DNA of 64,000 nucleotides from Staphylococcus phage vB_SscM-1. How positions within the stretch are numbered: the stretch's first letter is position 1; the number at the start of each line of letters is the position of its first letter. Location: the sequence record NC_047767.1; one strand, written 5' to 3'. Positions 60,307 through 64,000 of this stretch are shown here, one piece after another. The notes under the pieces were generated by a model that made no database searches, was not told where the DNA came from, and saw nothing but the letters and a program-made list of their open reading frames with translations. Both the position numbers and the translations under genes were made by a program.

Positions 60307-60711
60307 ATGAGGAAAAACCTAATTATTACAATACTTTCATGCATTGTGTTGTTCCTTTCTATATTTTTGTACATGTATATAACAACTAATTATGAAGCAC
60401 CAACTAGAAACATACAGATTAATACAAATGAAAAAGGGAAAATTACTAATGAGAATGTAGAGTTTGTTAAATCTGTTACACTAAAAAGGGTAAGGGATGA
60501 TAAAGCCTGTTTTGTAGAACCTTTACCAAACTACCTGCCAGGTAGAACAAGTACATCCTGTGTTGATACAAGATATTATAAATCTAGCCAGTTTGGAGAG
60601 GGTGTAAAGTTTAAAATACTGAGAGTCTACACAAAAGACTCTAACGGAGACATAGTTCATACGTATATGTTTAGTAGAGAGTTAGATGAGGAAAAACCAG
60701 TAGAAGAGTAA
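60307..60711 (+). CDS. N-terminally membrane-anchored protein (134 aa)
   Basis: The transmembrane segment is LIITILSCIVLFLSIFLYMYI. RBS GGAATGGTGAG. Confidence 0.6.
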   Translation: MRKNLIITILSCIVLFLSIFLYMYITTNYEAPTRNIQINTNEKGKITNENVEFVKSVTLKRVRDDKACFVEPLPNYLPGRTSTSCVDTRYYKSSQFGEGVKFKILRVYTKDSNGDIVHTYMFSRELDEEKPVEE

Positions 60712-60784
60712 GGTGTGGTGATATTGTATACTTTAATAATTATACTTGGAATAGCAATTATATATTATTTAATTAGAAAAGATT

Positions 60785-60814
60785 GAGTCAGAAGGTTGAC
60801 TCTTTCTTTTTTTT
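60785..60814 (+). terminator. intrinsic terminator: stem gagtca/tgactc followed by a long T run
   Basis: 6-bp stem with a 6-nt loop, followed by tttctttttttt. Confidence 0.6.
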
Positions 60815-60824
60815 ATGTTATAAT
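60796..60824 (+). promoter_or_regulatory. sigma-A-type promoter: TTGACT, 17-bp spacer, TGtTATAAT; the -35 element lies in the terminator stem
   Basis: TTGACT at 60796-60801 and TATAAT at 60819-60824. Confidence 0.6.
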
Positions 60825-60856
60825 ACTTATACAATCAATTAAGGAGGAAATAAACT

Positions 60857-61471
60857 ATGAGTAATAGATTTGATAGAAACTTAGATAATGACTTTAAGAA
60901 AGGACTATTACGGTTACATTTAAATAACTTATATGAGTTAGATGAGCAGTTACGTGCAATGTTAGATAGCACAACGGTAACTACACTTAGACCATTACAA
61001 TTATCAATATTTCATTATTTTATTGAAGAGGTAATGGTAAGGAACTTGAAACCTATACTCGAAGGAAAAGGTATCTTAAGAGCTAAATGGAAAGTATTTA
61101 GGTTACTAGGTACTAAGGAAGCTATAAAGTTTAATGAAACATATAAGAGGTTAGTTATGTCTACTGCCTATTTAGCTGAGGTAGCTGAGGATGTAGATTA
61201 CGCGTACCATAAATTCCCTGTAAAAGTTAAAGGAAATGGAACAAGTAGTATTGATGGTTACGCAGTGAGCCTTAACAGAATAGACTACTATATGGTATAC
61301 TTAACAAAAGGAGTTACAATGGTATACCCAGATGGTCAAACTAAGGCATTCAGAGATTTCAAAATTATTAACTTTAAGAATAAGGATAAAGAGATAACAG
61401 ATAAGGAGTTCACCAATGTAGATGGAGCAGTATTCCTTATTACAGAAGTATCATTGGAGGAGGAAGAATAA
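60857..61471 (+). CDS. hypothetical protein (204 aa)
   Basis: RBS TTAAGGAGGAAATAAACTATG. Confidence 0.65.
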   Translation: MSNRFDRNLDNDFKKGLLRLHLNNLYELDEQLRAMLDSTTVTTLRPLQLSIFHYFIEEVMVRNLKPILEGKGILRAKWKVFRLLGTKEAIKFNETYKRLVMSTAYLAEVAEDVDYAYHKFPVKVKGNGTSSIDGYAVSLNRIDYYMVYLTKGVTMVYPDGQTKAFRDFKIINFKNKDKEITDKEFTNVDGAVFLITEVSLEEEE

Positions 61472-61641
61472 TGAGAGATACATTAGCTGTAGCAACTAGA
61501 TATGAAGTATTAAAAGGTCTCTATGAAGGAGACCATTTAGTATCAAAGGATGATTTCATTGAAGCTCAAGGAGAGTATATTGAGGCACTAAAAGAAGATA
61601 TAGAATATCAAAAAGAACTTATAGAGGAGTATAGATACAAT
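61471..61641 (+). CDS. small protein of 56 aa, missing from the ORF track
   Basis: Its ATG overlaps the upstream stop (TAATG). The translation is MRDTLAVATRYEVLKGLYEGDHLVSKDDFIEAQGEYIEALKEDIEYQKELIEEYRYND. Its stop overlaps the next start (ATGATTAG). Confidence 0.5.
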
Positions 61642-61984
61642 GATTAGAATTTATTCAATAGGATTTATTTACCAAGTACTAAGACAAGCACTTATACTAT
61701 TCTTTGTTTATGGTTTAGTAAATTTAGTAGGGCTAATAATACCTATCGAACACACATGGGTAGTTACATTTATTATCATTTTTGCATTAAGATTCATTAT
61801 AGATTGGATAGATTCTGCTAATGATGTAGCTTACAAAATGATTCATGAGAAAATGAATGACGAAGAAAAAAGTGAAGAATTTAGAAAGTTATTAGAAAAG
61901 TTAGAAGAAGAAAAAAGTGAAGAATTTAGAAAGTTATTAGAAAAGTTAGAAGAAGAAAAAATAAAAAGGGTTGACATTAGTTAA
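61640..61984 (+). CDS. small membrane protein with a tandemly duplicated 15-aa charged repeat
   Basis: It has two N-terminal hydrophobic helices. The C-terminus contains EEKSEEFRKLLEKLE twice, encoded by a perfect 45-bp tandem duplication. Confidence 0.6.
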   Translation: MIRIYSIGFIYQVLRQALILFFVYGLVNLVGLIIPIEHTWVVTFIIIFALRFIIDWIDSANDVAYKMIHEKMNDEEKSEEFRKLLEKLEEEKSEEFRKLLEKLEEEKIKRVDIS

Positions 61985-62029
61985 CCCTTATGATATAATA
62001 CAATTATAAAATTAAAGGAGAGATACAAT

Positions 62030-62380
62030 ATGTCAGAGATTAAAAAAGAGAAAGACTACGTTGAATTATCTTTTAGAAATAAAATAGGTGGTAAACATGT
62101 ATTTGACACAGCAGAAGAAGCTTTAGATTGGGCAGATGAAAGAGGTTATGAGCCTGAGGAAATTAAAGTAGTAGAGAAAGAAGGACAGTACCTATACAGA
62201 AGCACTCTATGGGATACTGAAGAGCAAGCAGAAGTTATTAGAGATATTGTTAACATGTACGCATCAGCACACCCAGAGGAGCATCTATACGCAGGAGAGG
62301 CTTACAACTTCATTAAGATTCTTTCTATTATAGATAATCCTAATGAGTTAAAAGCTAAAGTAAAAGACATATTTAAATAG
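62030..62380 (+). CDS. acidic hypothetical protein (116 aa)
   Basis: RBS TAAAGGAGAGATACAATATG. Confidence 0.65.
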   Translation: MSEIKKEKDYVELSFRNKIGGKHVFDTAEEALDWADERGYEPEEIKVVEKEGQYLYRSTLWDTEEQAEVIRDIVNMYASAHPEEHLYAGEAYNFIKILSIIDNPNELKAKVKDIFK

Positions 62381-62391
62381 GAGGTAGAGTA

Positions 62392-62772
62392 ATGTTTAAT
62401 ACATTCGAAGATATTAGAGATAGAATTCTAGAACATCTAGATAGCATAAAGAGTAATGAAGAGGTATGTATAGTACAATATTGTAAAGACCCTTTTACTG
62501 ATATTGATATCATAAAGCTTCGTGTACAGAATTATGTAATTTTAAAAGAGCAGAAAAAAGTAACTTTCATGGTCAACGGTGAAACAGTACAACAGGGTAC
62601 ACTAACACCGGGTTATAGTCCTGTAGATGGTACTATCAGTAACATAGCAGATTTTACAATCTTAGGCTCAAAGTTTGATAAACTAGAGGAGTATGTAGAT
62701 TACCTTCAGTCACAAGGTAAGAATGTAAAATTAAAAAAAGTAGACATACTTCATAGTATTAGGAATACGTAG
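62392..62772 (+). CDS. hypothetical protein (126 aa)
   Basis: RBS TAGGAGGTAGAGTAATG. Confidence 0.65.
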   Translation: MFNTFEDIRDRILEHLDSIKSNEEVCIVQYCKDPFTDIDIIKLRVQNYVILKEQKKVTFMVNGETVQQGTLTPGYSPVDGTISNIADFTILGSKFDKLEEYVDYLQSQGKNVKLKKVDILHSIRNT

Positions 62773-62782
62773 GGTAGATATC

Positions 62783-62965
62783 ATGGATTTTGCACAGCAT
62801 TTAAAACAAGAGAAAGAGAAACTAGGAACACCTAAGTTTAAACAGAAGCAAGAACCTGTAAGAAGGTTTACAGATGAGCAAAAGAAAGAACTTTGGAAGC
62901 GGGTTAAATCTAAATCTTCTTACATTGATTTAAGAAAAGATATTGACAAATACACATATCTATAG
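62783..62965 (+). CDS. small basic protein (60 aa)
   Basis: K/R-rich. Confidence 0.5.
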   Translation: MDFAQHLKQEKEKLGTPKFKQKQEPVRRFTDEQKKELWKRVKSKSSYIDLRKDIDKYTYL

Positions 62966-62971
62966 TATAAT
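62943..62971 (+). promoter_or_regulatory. sigma-A-type promoter: TTGACA, 17-bp spacer, TATAAT. It would drive a transcript through a structured leader of about 250 nt into the gene at 63227.
   Basis: TTGACA at 62943-62948 and TATAAT at 62966-62971, overlapping the end of the upstream gene. Confidence 0.6.
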
Positions 62972-63226
62972 ACTATTATAAGCTACAGAAAGTTATTCAC
63001 CTCTAAGGGATTGAGATATCGAACCCTTACCTGGGAAGGGAGGTCTTATGTAGGTACGACAGGTGCTTTCCGGTACAATAACAAAAAAAATAAGAAAAAG
63101 GTTCACTTTAGATTTTTACTAGAGTAAGATAGCGGAAACTATCTTACTTACCTAGAGCACATAGGCAAGTGCTTGTGTGTTGTAGGTAGGTTTAACCTGC
63201 TACTTAATTAAAGGAGGAATATATTA

Positions 63227-63538
63227 ATGGAGAGAGTTATGGATTCTATTGACAAAGCTACAGGCGTTACCTGGGGAGCTTTAGTAACTCAACAGGTATT
63301 TTATGGAATAGGAATGATTATCTTAGCATCACTAGCATTGTTAGGTTTATATGTAATCTTGAAGAGGGTTACAATTAGAAATATTAGCTTCAATGTATCA
63401 TTAGTAATGTTATTCTTGACAGTAGTAAGTATTGCATTATTAGGATATGGATTTATGCATGTAATCAATCCTGGATATTATGCTTTACAGGATATGAAAG
63501 ATTCTTCATTCCAGTTTATTGATGCAGTTAAGCACTAA
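63227..63538 (+). CDS. membrane protein (103 aa)
   Basis: RBS AAAGGAGGAATATATTAATG. There are two hydrophobic helices. Confidence 0.6.
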   Translation: MERVMDSIDKATGVTWGALVTQQVFYGIGMIILASLALLGLYVILKRVTIRNISFNVSLVMLFLTVVSIALLGYGFMHVINPGYYALQDMKDSSFQFIDAVKH

Positions 63539-63546
63539 AACCAAAT

Positions 63547-63574
63547 AGGTATATACTAATTATGGTATATACCT
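63547..63574 (+). terminator. hairpin terminator candidate: 10-bp stem aggtatatac/gtatatacct
   Basis: Perfect 10-bp stem with an 8-nt loop directly after the stop at 63538. The T-tract is weak (attattta). Confidence 0.5.
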
Positions 63575-63595
63575 ATTATTTATAGGAGGTACATC

Positions 63596-63790
63596 ATGAG
63601 ATATAACAATAAAGCATTTAACTTAATGGATAACCTAAACTTAGATTTGAAAAAGAAGATTACTAAGGTTACAGTTAAGTATGGAGATAACGTGGTAATA
63701 TACCATGTAGGTAATAAGCAACATGAGTTTACATTTGAGGAGTTAGTAAAAGGTGAGATAACTTTAGAGAGGTTTGAGAAATCAAAATAG
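63596..63790 (+). CDS. hypothetical protein (64 aa)
   Basis: RBS TATAGGAGGTACATCATG. Confidence 0.55.
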   Translation: MRYNNKAFNLMDNLNLDLKKKITKVTVKYGDNVVIYHVGNKQHEFTFEELVKGEITLERFEKSK

Positions 63791-63802
63791 GAGATGATTA
63801 CA

Positions 63803-64000
63803 ATGGAATCTGTTCTGCAAAGTATAGAAGGTATAGAGAAAGTAGATACACCTACAGAACTAAGTAGGGCATTATTACTCAGTATGTTTAACACTGAGAT
63901 TGATGATGAGTCAGAAGTAGAGTTAGAGAAGAGTTATGTAATGATAGGTAAGTTAAACTTTATTAAAGGGATGTTATCTAATGAAGTACTGAAAGAAAGT
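63803..64000 (+). CDS. hypothetical protein, 3'-truncated by the window edge
   Basis: ATG at 63803 follows TAGGAGATGATTACA. The frame stays open to the window end. Confidence 0.5.
   Translation, partial: MESVLQSIEGIEKVDTPTELSRALLLSMFNTEIDDESEVELEKSYVMIGKLNFIKGMLSNEVLKES

Noticed and set aside
61862-61961. Tandem repeats as a CRISPR-like array
   Set aside because: There are only 2.2 copies, they are contiguous with no spacers, and they sit in-frame within a coding sequence.
62990-63060. A possible tRNA-like element suggested by the GGGTTCGATATC-like sequence on the minus strand
   Set aside because: No cloverleaf could be built: there is no acceptor stem or anticodon arm with proper lengths, and the candidate T-loop is 14 nt. 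It is treated as part of a structured leader instead.

Overview
This window is a contiguous 64-kb piece of the right arm of a large virulent myovirus genome. The predicted genes are tightly packed and every one lies on the + strand. I see no tRNA, rRNA, CRISPR array, integrase or transposase. Gene order and product sizes resemble Twort-/SPO1-like (Herelleviridae-type) phages of low-GC Gram-positive hosts. The GC content is about 31-34% from hand counts. The Staphylococcus-Twortvirinae flavour rests on a CHAP tail lysin, two paralogous receptor-binding proteins, an approximately 1153-aa adsorption protein and an HU/TF1-like protein; this assignment is an inference, not a database hit.

Layout from 5' to 3':
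- 1-3854: tape-measure protein, truncated at its 5' end by the window, with a C-terminal lysozyme-like domain.
- 3.9-24.5 kb: tail-lysin, baseplate and tail-fibre module. It includes a CHAP hydrolase, a degenerate NlpC/P60-like protein, a LysM+gp25-like protein, a gp6/J-like protein, two proteins of about 1150 aa, and two paralogous receptor-binding proteins.
- 24.6-49.3 kb: replication and recombination module.
  - SF2 helicase, initiator-like wHTH protein, DnaB-like helicase, SbcD, SbcC, DnaG-like primase and an Hjc-like resolvase.
  - Thioredoxin, a ribonucleotide reductase made of an ATP-cone::R2 fusion plus a short R1, a monothiol thioredoxin-like protein, an HU-like protein and an uninterrupted PolA-type DNA polymerase.
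  - gp32-like SSB, RecA/UvsX-like recombinase and a sigma-like factor.
- 49.4-57.5 kb: Ig-like proteins and an auxiliary cluster (metallophosphoesterase, PD-(D/E)xK-like protein, membrane proteins).
- 57.47-57.83 kb: a 350-bp AT-rich non-coding gap.
- 57.8-64 kb: a cluster of small early-type genes, each with its own strong promoter and terminator, read as a likely host-takeover region.

About 15 near-consensus sigma-A-type promoters (TTGACA, 17-bp spacer, TGnTATAAT) and several intrinsic terminators are visible. Several terminators are fused head-to-tail with a promoter whose -35 element sits in the terminator stem. The two most interesting features are the ribonucleotide reductase locus and a structured non-coding leader at 62.97-63.23 kb.
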